From: a candidate division WOR-3 bacterium
Lineage (GTDB): Bacteria; Hydrothermota; Tepidihabitantia; B3-TA06
Assembly: GCA_965649265.1 (NCBI GenBank)
Contig: CBFGKC010000006.1
Span: 1 to 64,000 of the forward strand
Direction: 5' to 3'
DNA length: 64,000 nucleotides
Position numbers and translations under genes: made by a program
In this document: piece by piece, positions 1 to 9,454 of the stretch
Position numbering within the stretch: position 1 is the stretch's first letter
Layout: the number at the start of each line of letters is the position of its first letter
Notes under the pieces: model-generated
Database searches by the model: none
The model's input: only the letters and a program-made list of their open reading frames with translations
What the model was told of the DNA's origin: nothing

Positions 1-128
1 AACTTGCCCCGCACAACTTCAACGGTCTTCTTTTTCTCAAAAGTGGTCGTGGTCAGGGTGAAATCGCTCTTAAATAGGCAAGCCTGATCAGAGACCGCTA
101 TCAGGTTAAGGATCAGAAAGAGTTGCAC
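1..128 (-). CDS. Hypothetical protein, N-terminal part (runs off the window edge)
   Basis: Hand translation from GTG at 128 gives MQLFLILNLIAVSDQACLFKSDFTLTTTTFEKKKTVEVVRGK, open to the edge, with a hydrophobic N-terminus. The start is uncertain. Confidence 0.35.
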   Translation of the reverse strand, partial: MQLFLILNLIAVSDQACLFKSDFTLTTTTFEKKKTVEVVRGK

Positions 129-260
129 TATTGCCGTTGCGTCAGTAGTACACTTTTTAACACAGGAACCTCCTTTGTAAAACTGCCGGTGACGGGTCAA
201 AACACGACTTGAACCCTCGCAGCTTTTTTTCAAAATGTGTTGGTTTCAGGTCCATCATAC

Positions 261-635
261 TCAAAAGCCGACGCACCCGCTTAAGGCTATGCCTCCGCCT
301 CCAAGCAGCACTACTAACGACCATATTAGACAGCCGTTGAAGGCTTTTTTCGTCTGCAAAGACCGGCCCTGTTCCTTGTAACAGTCGGTGTAGGCGGCAA
401 CGTAATCGGCGGATTTTCCCACAAGATTTATCACCTGGGGGGAAGGGGCAAAAATGTACGCCGCACCCACGCCGAAAACTCCGAAAAGGCACCCCAGCGT
501 AAACCAGAGGGTACCGCTGACATCCCTTCTTGCGTCGCCGCTCGCATCGCTGCAAGGGTCGCCTTCGGCAGCCAAAGCACCCATCGGTACGAGAAACACT
601 GAGGTGACTAAAATTATTGAAAGAATCTTCTTCAC
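261..635 (-). CDS. Small Cys-containing membrane protein with signal peptide (paralog of 735..1121)
   Basis: AGGAGG RBS, signal-like N-terminus and two hydrophobic segments. Shares LVGKS..YVAAYTDCYKE.GRSLQT.KA..GCLI with its neighbour. Confidence 0.75.
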   Translation of the reverse strand: MKKILSIILVTSVFLVPMGALAAEGDPCSDASGDARRDVSGTLWFTLGCLFGVFGVGAAYIFAPSPQVINLVGKSADYVAAYTDCYKEQGRSLQTKKAFNGCLIWSLVVLLGGGGIALSGCVGF

Positions 636-662
636 GCGATCCTCCTGGAAGTTTTACAGATG

Positions 663-690
663 ATTATGCGGTTTTATTGTGGCTTGTCAA
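663..690 (-). promoter_or_regulatory. Sigma70-type promoter for 261..635
   Basis: TTGACA-N16-CATAAT on the minus strand. Confidence 0.55.
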
Positions 691-734
691 TGCGTTTTAG
701 ACGGTCTCTCCTGCCCTACGAGTCGCCCTGGGTC

Positions 735-1121
735 TTAATACGTGCTGATCAAACCGCTTATTACCCCAGTAGCCAATGAAACAGCCGCGCCGGCTAAAGT
801 CCCGATAAGACAGCCCACGAGGGCCTTGTTCGTCTGAAGCGAGCGGCCCTTCTCCTTGTAGCAGTCGGTGTATGCCGCAACGTACTCCGGTGATTTGCCG
901 ACAAGGCTCATAGCTTCTGGTGACGCCTCAATGATATATGCGGCGCCGACGCCGAGGCATCCAAAAACGCAGCCCAGCGCCGTCCAGAGAAGTTTATCCG
1001 AGTCCCTTTCGGCATCTATCTTTGCCTGCACGCATGGATTTGCGTCCTCTGCGGCAAGGCTCAACGGCACCGCGATAATTAAAATCGCCAGTGCACTCGA
1101 TATCAATTTCTTCATACTCAT
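735..1121 (-). CDS. Small Cys-containing membrane protein with signal peptide (paralog of 261..635)
   Basis: AGGAGG RBS, same conserved core as 261..635, glycine-rich C-terminal helix. Confidence 0.75.
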   Translation of the reverse strand: MSMKKLISSALAILIIAVPLSLAAEDANPCVQAKIDAERDSDKLLWTALGCVFGCLGVGAAYIIEASPEAMSLVGKSPEYVAAYTDCYKEKGRSLQTNKALVGCLIGTLAGAAVSLATGVISGLISTY

Positions 1122-1187
1122 TCCTCCTTCTACAGATTATCCTGAATGTAAAATTATCCTTATTCCGTAAGCCCTTGTCAACAGCCC

Positions 1188-1486
1188 TCCTCAACCCGTA
1201 ACACACCAACTCCTTTCCCTCACCCCCTCTCGATTGAAATAATCTGCCGTGTATAGGTATAACTGAAGACAAGTGATGTGAAATGGCGGAAGCGGAGCTT
1301 GCGCCCAGCGCCTTCGTGGCGCTCGCCCGCCCTCAACCCGTAACACCCGTAACGCACCGACTCCATTCCCTCGCGCCCTCTCGATTGAAGCAATCTGCTG
1401 TGTATAGGTATAACTGAAGACGAGTGATGTGAAATGGCGAAAGCGAAGCTCACGCCCAGCGCCTTCGTGGCGCTCGCCCGCCCTCA
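1188..1486. repeat. Two tandem copies of a ~145-150 bp unit, each beginning CCTCAACCCGTAACAC
   Basis: Both copies contain CTCTCGATTGAA..AATCTGC.GTGTATAGGTATAACTGAAGAC.AGTGATGTGAAATGGCG and CCCAGCGCCTTCGTGGCGCTCGCCCGC. Confidence 0.9.
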
Positions 1487-1487
1487 A

Positions 1488-1720
1488 ACCCTCCTCAGAA
1501 AGGTTCCTCACATTTAGGGTAATCAGAATACATCCTCTCGATTAACAGGCGATGCCGAGTGGGGTGTGTTACGGGCCCTCCTCTGCAGAATTCCATTCTG
1601 CCAATGCGCCTCTGGCGCTCGCCCTCCCTCAGTAAACATTCTTACACTCATGGCATCGGAAGGAACTTTCATATTTACGAGCTATGTCGAGTGGGGGTGT
1701 GTTACGGGTGTCTTCCTCAG
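1488..1720. repeat. Two diverged copies of the CCTCAG...GTGTTACGGG dispersed element
   Basis: CCTCAG followed about 80 bp later by GAGTGGGG(G)TGTGTTACGGG, seen twice. Resembles the reverse complement of the units at 44950-45225. Confidence 0.65.
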
Positions 1721-1810
1721 CTTTGTGAAGGTTTCGATTTTCAATTTATTCTGTTGAGGTGCGGGAAGTAATCAATTTGGAAGCAGGTTTAACAGGAGGA
1801 GGGGGAGGGG

Positions 1811-2980
1811 TCAGTTGTTAGTGTCGGTCTTTCCCTGGCTCTGGCTGAAGGGGACGTAAAGGGTTGCCTGGCGCTGGCGGAGAACCTGGCCCGTCCACTG
1901 TTTCTTGTAAGCCGCTATTGCCTGCGAATCAATGGAGGTGTTGCCGGAGGATTTATAAATCGTGACTTCAACGAGCTTGCCTGTGGAGTCCACCACGACT
2001 CTCAGGGTTCCGGAGGGCTGGAACTGGCGGTCGAACACTATGGTGCCCTTCGGGTATGAGGTTTTGTCAACCGCTATCGTTGCAGCCTTTTGCGCCTCGG
2101 TGGCCGCTCCTAGAGCGGGTGTTTTGACCGCAGTGCCGCCTGTTGAGGTTTTGGTTTCCGTTTTAGCAACATTTTTGCTCTCCACGGTTCTTTTACCGTC
2201 GTCCGCGTCTTTCGCTGGTGCAGGACTTTGCTTCGTGGTAACTGCAGTAACCGAGGGTTTTGAGACCTCCTCCTCTTTTGAGGCTAGATTCTGTGTCGGT
2301 ACGGCCTTTTCTTCAGGTTTGACCGTCTCATCCTTGGCTGCCGTGACTTCAGCGGAAACCAGGCCGGAGAGTGCTTCGACTTCTTCTTCAGATGCGGCTG
2401 AGCCTGTTGCCACGATATCCTCCTGTCCCAAACCTCTTACTTGAGTTTCGTAAAGCTTGCTGTCAGCCTCTGCAAAGTCATCCTGCCGTCCTGGGGCTCC
2501 TTCCCGGCTTAGCGGTGAGGCGGGCCTTGCCATGTTCTTTCTTGAAACACCCTCATCCTGTTCGACCTTTACGGGTCCGAGCTGCTCTATCTTGCTTAAT
2601 TCTGAGAACCTGCCTGGAGCCTTTTCGAGGAGTTCGATACCTATTATTACGCCGAATACGACGGCAACTCCTGCTGAAAGATAGGGGATAAGCCTGAGTC
2701 CAAAAAGCTTGGGTCTGGAATGCCTGAGTGCAAGATGTCTTGGTTCGGAAAGCTTGTGGGATAACCTCTTCGAAAAGTTCTGCCAGTAATGCTCTCCCGG
2801 GTCGGGAATCTTTTCCGCATCGCCGTCGCGAACGAGCGCGTCCAGCGCCTTGATGCTCGAAAGCATCTTCTGGCATTCAGGGCATGATGAAAGGTGGGCT
2901 TCAAACTCTCTGCGCTTCTCGCCGTCTAACTCCCCGTCATGGTACAGGGGCACGAGCCTTTCAAAATCCTTGCAGTTCAT
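1811..2980 (-). CDS. Anti-sigma factor: zf-HC2 zinc finger, TM helix, low-complexity linker, TonB-C-like domain
   Basis: N-terminal MNC...HLSSCPEC (HxxxCxxC), one TM segment, C-terminal VVVDSTGKLVEVTIYKSSGNTSIDSQAIAA; overlaps the ECF sigma stop codon. Confidence 0.8.
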   Translation of the reverse strand: MNCKDFERLVPLYHDGELDGEKRREFEAHLSSCPECQKMLSSIKALDALVRDGDAEKIPDPGEHYWQNFSKRLSHKLSEPRHLALRHSRPKLFGLRLIPYLSAGVAVVFGVIIGIELLEKAPGRFSELSKIEQLGPVKVEQDEGVSRKNMARPASPLSREGAPGRQDDFAEADSKLYETQVRGLGQEDIVATGSAASEEEVEALSGLVSAEVTAAKDETVKPEEKAVPTQNLASKEEEVSKPSVTAVTTKQSPAPAKDADDGKRTVESKNVAKTETKTSTGGTAVKTPALGAATEAQKAATIAVDKTSYPKGTIVFDRQFQPSGTLRVVVDSTGKLVEVTIYKSSGNTSIDSQAIAAYKKQWTGQVLRQRQATLYVPFSQSQGKTDTNN

Positions 2981-3567
2981 AGGAGGTCTCCTAATTCCTC
3001 TTTAAGCGCGTTTCTTGCTCTTGCAAGTCGCGACATTACAGTACCTATCGGTAAATCGAGCACTTCGGCGATCCTTGAATAGGGCCAGTCCTCGTATACT
3101 CGAAGCACGAGAACCTGCCTCAGTTTCATCGGCAATTTTGCAATAGCGGTATGAACCTTCTTGCGGGTCTCTATCTGTTCCCTCGTGAGTTGCGGGGACG
3201 AACCGGATTCCTGGAATTCGAGATCTACGTCCGACATCTTCAGGCGGCGTTTCTTTAAGTGATTAATTGTCAGGTTGATGGCTATACGGTACATCCACGG
3301 GCCGAAGGGGTAATTCAAATCGAAGCGTCCTATAGCCTTGAAGGCGCGAATGAAAGCCTCCTGAGCCAGATCATCTGCTTCGTGATGATTCCTTACAAAC
3401 CTGTAGATCACGGTATAAACCTTCCTTTGATAGCGTTCCACGAGTTTCCCGAACGCCGCATAATCGCCATTTTTTGCGTCACATAAAAGTTCTTTCTCAT
3501 CATCGGGAGGCCCCTTGGTTTCTTCATGGGGCGCTGTCCCTTTGTCTTTTAATACAGAAAGAGGCAC
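2977..3567 (-). CDS. ECF RNA polymerase sigma factor (sigma-70 group 4)
   Basis: Region 2 ADDLAQEAFIRAF and WMYRIAIN; region 4 YSRIAEVLDLPIGTVMSRLARAR. Confidence 0.92.
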   Translation of the reverse strand: MPLSVLKDKGTAPHEETKGPPDDEKELLCDAKNGDYAAFGKLVERYQRKVYTVIYRFVRNHHEADDLAQEAFIRAFKAIGRFDLNYPFGPWMYRIAINLTINHLKKRRLKMSDVDLEFQESGSSPQLTREQIETRKKVHTAIAKLPMKLRQVLVLRVYEDWPYSRIAEVLDLPIGTVMSRLARARNALKEELGDLL

Positions 3568-3606
3568 GGATTATTCCGCAAAAGGCGCTTGCGTTCGCCG
3601 GACATC

Positions 3607-5181
3607 TTATCCTTTGCCTTCAAGAATGCGGCGCACGTCGGCGTCCATCTGGCCGGGATCGCGTCCGGTTACGATAATCTCGTGGGGAAAACTGCCTTCG
3701 GGTTCAAAAGAGGTTTTCATGCGTTCGTAAATCTCCCAAGTTGCGTCGGATTGAAGGTCTATGCCCTTGCGACGCTCTATCCACTCCTTGACCTTTTCGT
3801 CCGACGCCTGGCAGCGGATGAAATGGACGTCTGCACCCAGATCATCAGCCACCTTCTTCATCTCAACCCTGTCTTTTTCCTTATGAAAGGTGGCATCTAC
3901 TATAAGCGATTGGTACTGCGAGAGATACGCCTTTGCCTGGCCGCGAAGGTATTCGTAAACCTTTTTTGACATCTCGACCGTGTAAAGATCGGCGCCGAAG
4001 CCGGCGTAATGGTGCTCGTCCAGCGAAGCGCCTGCGAGAACCCTGCGAATGATGTCGGAGCGCACGTGCGCTGCGTTCGTCCAGTCCCTTGTTCTTGCCG
4101 CAAGGTAGGTCTTGCCCGTACCGGGAAGCCCGTAAAAGACGATAAGCCTGGGTTTACGGGTCTTCGAGGATAGGGAGGAAGCGTAAAGCCTTGCCAGATC
4201 GAAATATGCGCTAGCCCGGCTCTTTATTTCCTCAGGGTTTTCAGGGTTCTGGCCGAGCTGAAAACCGATGACCTTTCCGCGAACGTAGGCGCGGTAACAG
4301 CGGAAAAAGTCATGAAATTCGAGAATTCCATAGTCGCCGCTGGCATCCAGATACCTCATGAGGAGGAAATCGGCTAAATCTCTTCGACCATGAAAATCCA
4401 GATCCATGGTCATGAAGGCAAGGTCGGCCGCCGTGTCCGAACAGGCGAAACGCAGGTTAAACTCAATCCTGTCGAAGATATTTATCTTGCCGTCATGGAT
4501 GAATATATTGCCCGAATGCAGGTCGCCGTGGCAATATCTTATCATTCCCGCGGCCTCCCTTTGCCTGAAATCATCCTCCTTGTCATGGATGAATTCGTTC
4601 ACCGCGTCCTTGATGTCGTCAAATGTCTTTTTAGAGAGGGTTACGTCCCTTACACTCTCAGTCTGCAGAAAATTCTCCTCCCAGTTGAAGCGCACGCTCT
4701 CGAGAGACCCCTCCCGGGTGATCTCGTCCGAAGTGGGTGCGGAGCCGTGGAATCGTGCAATCTCCTGAGCCAGCCCGTCCACGACCGCGTAGTTCACCTT
4801 GCCTTCGGCGAGAAGGGTGCTCATCAAGGCTTCCTGCGGAAGCTCCATCATTACCACCACGTATTCCACAGTCTCGCCGTCGCCCGAAAGGGCAAGCGAG
4901 CCGTCCTTTTCCCTGGTAATGGTATCGACCCGCAGGTACAGGTCCGATAACTGCTTATTGAGATTCACTTCCTTTTCGCAGAACTCCTTGCGCTTCTCTA
5001 ACGTGGAAAAATCCAGAAACCCGAAGTTGACCGGTTTCTTGACCTTGTATGCATAACTTCCGGTCAAAAAGACCCATGCGGTATGGGTTTCGGCTTTTCT
5101 GACCTCGTTCGTCTTGTGGGGGTAGAACCCCGGATTCGTCATCGATTCGAGTAACTCTTTTTCGGTTATATTATGGAACAA
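3607..5181 (-). CDS. Bifunctional aminoglycoside-phosphotransferase-like / AAA_33 P-loop kinase protein
   Basis: ETHTAWVFLTG, KVKKPVNFGFLDFSTLEKR, CHGDLHSGNI, FDRIEFN; C-terminal Walker A GLPGTGKT. Confidence 0.88.
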   Translation of the reverse strand: MFHNITEKELLESMTNPGFYPHKTNEVRKAETHTAWVFLTGSYAYKVKKPVNFGFLDFSTLEKRKEFCEKEVNLNKQLSDLYLRVDTITREKDGSLALSGDGETVEYVVVMMELPQEALMSTLLAEGKVNYAVVDGLAQEIARFHGSAPTSDEITREGSLESVRFNWEENFLQTESVRDVTLSKKTFDDIKDAVNEFIHDKEDDFRQREAAGMIRYCHGDLHSGNIFIHDGKINIFDRIEFNLRFACSDTAADLAFMTMDLDFHGRRDLADFLLMRYLDASGDYGILEFHDFFRCYRAYVRGKVIGFQLGQNPENPEEIKSRASAYFDLARLYASSLSSKTRKPRLIVFYGLPGTGKTYLAARTRDWTNAAHVRSDIIRRVLAGASLDEHHYAGFGADLYTVEMSKKVYEYLRGQAKAYLSQYQSLIVDATFHKEKDRVEMKKVADDLGADVHFIRCQASDEKVKEWIERRKGIDLQSDATWEIYERMKTSFEPEGSFPHEIIVTGRDPGQMDADVRRILEGKG

Positions 5182-6277
5182 GTAAACGTCCTATCTGGGC
5201 TGCCGTGTGGGTCAGCCTGGTTTTGGTTTCGACCATCGCATCCCTCAGCGTTGTCGGTCCGGGCTGGATGGAGATGGCGGTTGTTCTTCTGTCGCGGGGC
5301 GCGATCTGAATGGCAATCTCGCCGCAGAGGAGTATCATGCGGCGGTGGGGCAGACGCCTGAGGTTTCCGACGACCTTGTACGAAAGGCTTTGCTTGTCGA
5401 GCCTGCCCTCGCCCGAAATTATCACGTCGTGCCTTGTCAGTCGCTCGCGAAGCCCGGAGAGCCTTAAGAGAAAGTCGGCGCCGCTCATGGACTTGGTGCC
5501 GGCAAGCGCTGCGAAGCCGAAGGCTATTCCGCCGGCGGCGCCCATGCCCTTGCGGTGATCGAGGCGCTGCGCGGTTGTGAGTTCGGCGATCACGGAATAT
5601 CTGTCGAGCGCGGCGGCAAGAAGCTTTATCTCCTTATCTCCCGCTCCCTTCTGCGGGGCGTAGACGAGCGCGCCGAGCGAGCCGACGAGCGGGCTGTCAA
5701 CGTCCCAAAGAATAGTGACTTGCTTGCGCACTCTAGAGTCGAAATCCGACAGGTCTATTCGCGCAAGGTGTGTCAGTTCCGCAGGACCCCTCCCGAGGGT
5801 GTTCCCGTGCGAATCGAGAAATCTTGCACCCAGGGCTTCGAGGGCGTCACGACCGCCGTCGACGGTTGCGCTTCCTCCAAGACCGACGATAACCTCGTCC
5901 ACGCCTTTGTCGAGGAGGTTCTTAATCGCTTCACCCAATCCTCTTGACGTCGTGTGAAGCGGATTGCGTTCCTCTTCCTTCACGAGCCGCAGTCCCAGTA
6001 TCGAGGCCGATTCGATGTAGGCGCGTTTGCCTGCGATGAGGGCTGCAGACTTTATCTTGCGGCCGGTGGGGCCTGTTACCTGCATGGTTGAAATCCTGGC
6101 CCTCTGGCCCTTCAGGTAGTAGGAGAGGCATTCGATGAATCCGTCTCCTCCGTCGGAAAGGGGATAAAGCTCCATCTTCTCCCTTTTAAGGCTGCTTTTC
6201 AGTCCTGCAAGGATGGCTCTTGCCGCGGCCACAGGACCCAATGCTTCCTTGTACGCGGTTGGGGCAATGAAGATCAT
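5171..6277 (-). CDS. glxK: Glycerate kinase (GlxK/GarK family)
   Basis: IAPTAYKEAL, PLSDGGDG, GLGGSATVDGG, APQKGA, GAAGGIAFG, GEGRLDKQS. Confidence 0.88.
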   Translation of the reverse strand: MIFIAPTAYKEALGPVAAARAILAGLKSSLKREKMELYPLSDGGDGFIECLSYYLKGQRARISTMQVTGPTGRKIKSAALIAGKRAYIESASILGLRLVKEEERNPLHTTSRGLGEAIKNLLDKGVDEVIVGLGGSATVDGGRDALEALGARFLDSHGNTLGRGPAELTHLARIDLSDFDSRVRKQVTILWDVDSPLVGSLGALVYAPQKGAGDKEIKLLAAALDRYSVIAELTTAQRLDHRKGMGAAGGIAFGFAALAGTKSMSGADFLLRLSGLRERLTRHDVIISGEGRLDKQSLSYKVVGNLRRLPHRRMILLCGEIAIQIAPRDRRTTAISIQPGPTTLRDAMVETKTRLTHTAAQIGRLLVP

Positions 6278-7536
6278 CTTGACCTCTCCATACTTTGCTT
6301 ATCATTTCCTTGACTCTCAAGGAGATTGAACTCCTCGAGTAGCCTTGTGATGGCGCGTTTGAGGTTCTGGGCGCGAAGGAAGAACGACAGTTTCAGTTCC
6401 GACGTCGTAAAGGCTTCAATGTGGGCGTCTTCAGCGCGAAGCACCTCGAAGGCGCGCTTGGTTATTTTTGAATCCTTTCCGGCCCCGGGACCTACGAGCG
6501 AAAGCTCGCTTATGCCTTTGAGCACGGTCAGGGCCTTTGCCTTGGTTCTGGCCTTGAATCTTTCAAGAATTGCAGACGCCCGTTCGGCATCCGTCTTGGT
6601 GACAATAAAATCCAGGTCAAAAAAAGAATCCTGCGGATGACCGTGATGGTACGAATGAATGCGTATTCCCTGATCGGCGAGCAGCGTTACCGCCTGAGTC
6701 ATTGCCTCGGGATTCTTTGGAACATCCTTCACCGTGATGCGAGCAAGCCCCGTGAGTTCCGTGACCGCTCTTACGAAACGTTCCTCTATCCTTCTGCCGG
6801 TGTTAAGCTCGCCCACCCTCGTACCCTTCCGGTCGGGTTTGATGCTCGAACGGATCTCAATCGGAACCCTGTAACGCATGGCGAGAGAGGCCGCTCTTGG
6901 ATGCAGGACCCTTGCACCGTAATCGGCCAGTTCGACTACTTCCTGATAGCTTATCTCGTCAAGAACCCTTGCGTGGGGAAAAAGCCTGGGGTCCGCGCTC
7001 GATAATCCCTTGACGGTCTTGTAGAATTCGCACGAATCCGCACCCAGAAAACGCGCAAGTGCCACCGCTGTGGTGTCCGATCCCCCCCTCCCCAGAGTCG
7101 TCACTTCCTTCGACTCGGCGCTCACACCCTGGAATCCGGCGACGATGGGAACAAAACCCTTGCCGATGGCGTCCTTAAGCCTCTGTCCCTTGACGTAAAG
7201 GATGCGTGCGTCATTGTAGCGCTCGTCCGTATGTATCCCGACCTGTGAGCCGGTGAAAGAGAGCGCCCTGACGCCGCGGTCCTCGAGTGCCATCGCAAGA
7301 AGGCTCATGGTTATTCTCTCGCCTGTCGTCAGGAGCATGTCGAGTTCCCTTCCTCCCGGTTTTTTCGCAACGAGCCTTGCAAGTGCGCCGAGTTCGTCCG
7401 TCTGGCTGCCCATGGCCGAGACCACTACGCACAGCCTGTCGGTGGCCGCCCTCTCGGAGAGATATTTCGCGACCCTTTTCAGATGGTTGACCGTGGCGAG
7501 CGATCGGCCACCGAATTTAGCAACAACTAGAGCCAC
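6274..7536 (-). CDS. lysC: Aspartate kinase
   Basis: VVAKFGG.S, VVSAMG, VAGFQG, TTLGRGGSDTTAVALA, C-terminal ACT domains. Confidence 0.93.
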   Translation of the reverse strand: MALVVAKFGGRSLATVNHLKRVAKYLSERAATDRLCVVVSAMGSQTDELGALARLVAKKPGGRELDMLLTTGERITMSLLAMALEDRGVRALSFTGSQVGIHTDERYNDARILYVKGQRLKDAIGKGFVPIVAGFQGVSAESKEVTTLGRGGSDTTAVALARFLGADSCEFYKTVKGLSSADPRLFPHARVLDEISYQEVVELADYGARVLHPRAASLAMRYRVPIEIRSSIKPDRKGTRVGELNTGRRIEERFVRAVTELTGLARITVKDVPKNPEAMTQAVTLLADQGIRIHSYHHGHPQDSFFDLDFIVTKTDAERASAILERFKARTKAKALTVLKGISELSLVGPGAGKDSKITKRAFEVLRAEDAHIEAFTTSELKLSFFLRAQNLKRAITRLLEEFNLLESQGNDKQSMERSR

Positions 7537-8672
7537 TTTGCCATTCTTTTGACGGCTTCATCGATCTGGGAGCGGTCTATCGTCAGCGAGAAGCGAACGT
7601 GGCCTTCTCCCGACTGGCCGAATCCTATCCCCGGCGTTACGAGCACTCCGGTTTCGGCAAGCATCCTTTTTGCGAAATCCATGGATGACATGCCTCTCCT
7701 GGGTACGTCCGCCCAGACATAAAACGTCGCCTTTGGCGCCGGTACGTTCCAGCCCATCATGTTCAGCCCGGCAAGGAGCGAGCCTCTGCGCGACCGGTAA
7801 AGCGCGCGCATGTCCTTGCTTACCTGTTCCTCTATCTCCAGAGCCGTCTGGGCCGCTCGTTGTATGGCCACGAACACTCCGGAATCGGTATTTTCCTTGA
7901 CTCTTCTCAGGGCGCCGATGACTTTCGAGTTGCCCACAACGAAACCGATGCGCCAGCCCGTCATGTTGAAGGTCTTTGAGAACGAGTGGAATTCCACCGA
8001 GCATTCCTTTGCTCCGGGCACGGCCAGTATGCTCGTGGGTTTCTCGTCGTAGTAAATCTCCGAGTAGCAGTTGTCGTTCATGAGCCACATGTTGTGACTG
8101 CGCGCGAACTGAACAGCTTCCGCGAAATCGATCGGCGTCGCCATCGCGCCGGTGGGGTTCGAAGGGTAGTTGAGGATGAGAAGCTTGGTTCGCTGCGTCG
8201 GTTTGAGGCGCGGGATATCTATAACGTAATGATTTTCTTCTACAACCGGAGCCGGTGTTGCCACGCCGCCGGCGAGCAGGGTCGCGTTGCGGTACACGGG
8301 GTAGGAAGGATCGGGGTAAATGACCTCGTCGTCCTTGTCGACGAGAGCCCAGATAAGGTGTGCAAGACCTTCCTTGGAACCTACGAGCACGCAAACCTCT
8401 GACTCCGGGTCGAGTTCGATACCGAATCGGTCCTTGTACCACTTGGCTATATCGCGTCGGAGTGTCTGTGTACCGGTATATGACGGATACCTGTGGGTGC
8501 TCGCGTCGCTTGATGCGCGCGCCAGGGCGTTGACTATCTCCGGGTTTGTAGGCTGATCCGGATCGCCTATTCCGAAATCAATCACTCCTTCGCCATACGA
8601 GTTCTTGAGTTTGTCGAGTTCGGCAAACAGGTACGGGGGCAGAAGCTCCAAACGTTTTGCGGTTTCTCTCAA
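7527..8672 (-). CDS. dapL: LL-diaminopimelate aminotransferase (class I/II PLP enzyme)
   Basis: LPPYLFAELD, GIGDPD, GSKEGLAH, NYPSNPTG, SFSKTFNMTGWRIG; located in the dapA-dapB-lysC operon. Confidence 0.8.
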   Translation of the reverse strand: MRETAKRLELLPPYLFAELDKLKNSYGEGVIDFGIGDPDQPTNPEIVNALARASSDASTHRYPSYTGTQTLRRDIAKWYKDRFGIELDPESEVCVLVGSKEGLAHLIWALVDKDDEVIYPDPSYPVYRNATLLAGGVATPAPVVEENHYVIDIPRLKPTQRTKLLILNYPSNPTGAMATPIDFAEAVQFARSHNMWLMNDNCYSEIYYDEKPTSILAVPGAKECSVEFHSFSKTFNMTGWRIGFVVGNSKVIGALRRVKENTDSGVFVAIQRAAQTALEIEEQVSKDMRALYRSRRGSLLAGLNMMGWNVPAPKATFYVWADVPRRGMSSMDFAKRMLAETGVLVTPGIGFGQSGEGHVRFSLTIDRSQIDEAVKRMAKWL

Positions 8673-9454
8673 TTTTCCTCCAGAATATCTGAGGGCTCGA
8701 GCAGAGCCGAAAATTCATACAGCCCGGCAGGCCGGCCTATGATAAATCGGACGGCTTCCAGCGTGCCCCGGGCGAAGGCAAGGCGGCTTGAAGCCCGGTG
8801 CGTGAGTTCTATGCGTTCGCCTTCCTGTGCAAAGTACACGGTGTGTTCGCCTGCTACATCCCCTCCCCTCAGTGCGAGAACACCTAGTTCCCCGGAGTCC
8901 CTCTCGCCGGTCATGCCCTCCCTTCCGTAAACGGTTTTAGTTATGGCACGCTCTCTTTTTATAATCTCGGCCAGTTTTTTTGCCGTTCCGGACGGCGCAT
9001 CCTTCTTGTGCCGGTGATGCATCTCGAGTATTTCCACGTCGTAGTCGCCAAGGAACCTCGCGGCATCGGCCGCAAGCTTGAAAAGCAAGTTGACTCCGAG
9101 CGACATGTTAGGCGACCATAGTATCGCTCTTTCATTGGCGCTTTCCCTGAGCGCCGCCATGTCGCTTTCCTCCAATCCGGTGGTGCCTGATACCAGGGGG
9201 AGGGGGGAACCCTTCAGGTCTTTCAAGAGGGCCGCCAATCCATCGGGTGATGTAAAATCCACCACGACGTCCGCCTTTGACAGCAAAGACCCTATATCGG
9301 ATGTGACCTTCACTCCGAATAGATCCTTGCCCGTATCCGGATATCCGGGTCTTTCGACGATTCCTGCGAGTTCCATATCCCCGGCGACTTTAATCAATTT
9401 GCATACCTCTCCCGCCATTCGCCCCAGGCCGCCGGCGACGATCACTCTTATCAT
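8669..9454 (-). CDS. dapB: 4-hydroxy-tetrahydrodipicolinate reductase
   Basis: GGLGRM, VDFTSP, GTTG, SPNMSLGVN, EMHHRHKKDAPSGTA. Confidence 0.95.
   Translation of the reverse strand: MIRVIVAGGLGRMAGEVCKLIKVAGDMELAGIVERPGYPDTGKDLFGVKVTSDIGSLLSKADVVVDFTSPDGLAALLKDLKGSPLPLVSGTTGLEESDMAALRESANERAILWSPNMSLGVNLLFKLAADAARFLGDYDVEILEMHHRHKKDAPSGTAKKLAEIIKRERAITKTVYGREGMTGERDSGELGVLALRGGDVAGEHTVYFAQEGERIELTHRASSRLAFARGTLEAVRFIIGRPAGLYEFSALLEPSDILEEN

Noticed and set aside
1191-1771. ORFs 1191..1511, 1220..1453, 1559..1771 and 1566..1757
   Set aside because: Translations of the repeat array, with no RBS or protein-like features
7558-8442. 294-aa alternative-frame ORF, and similar long shadow ORFs over secA, phoU, hydA/B and dnaK
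   Set aside because: They overlap well-supported genes; expected in GC-rich coding DNA
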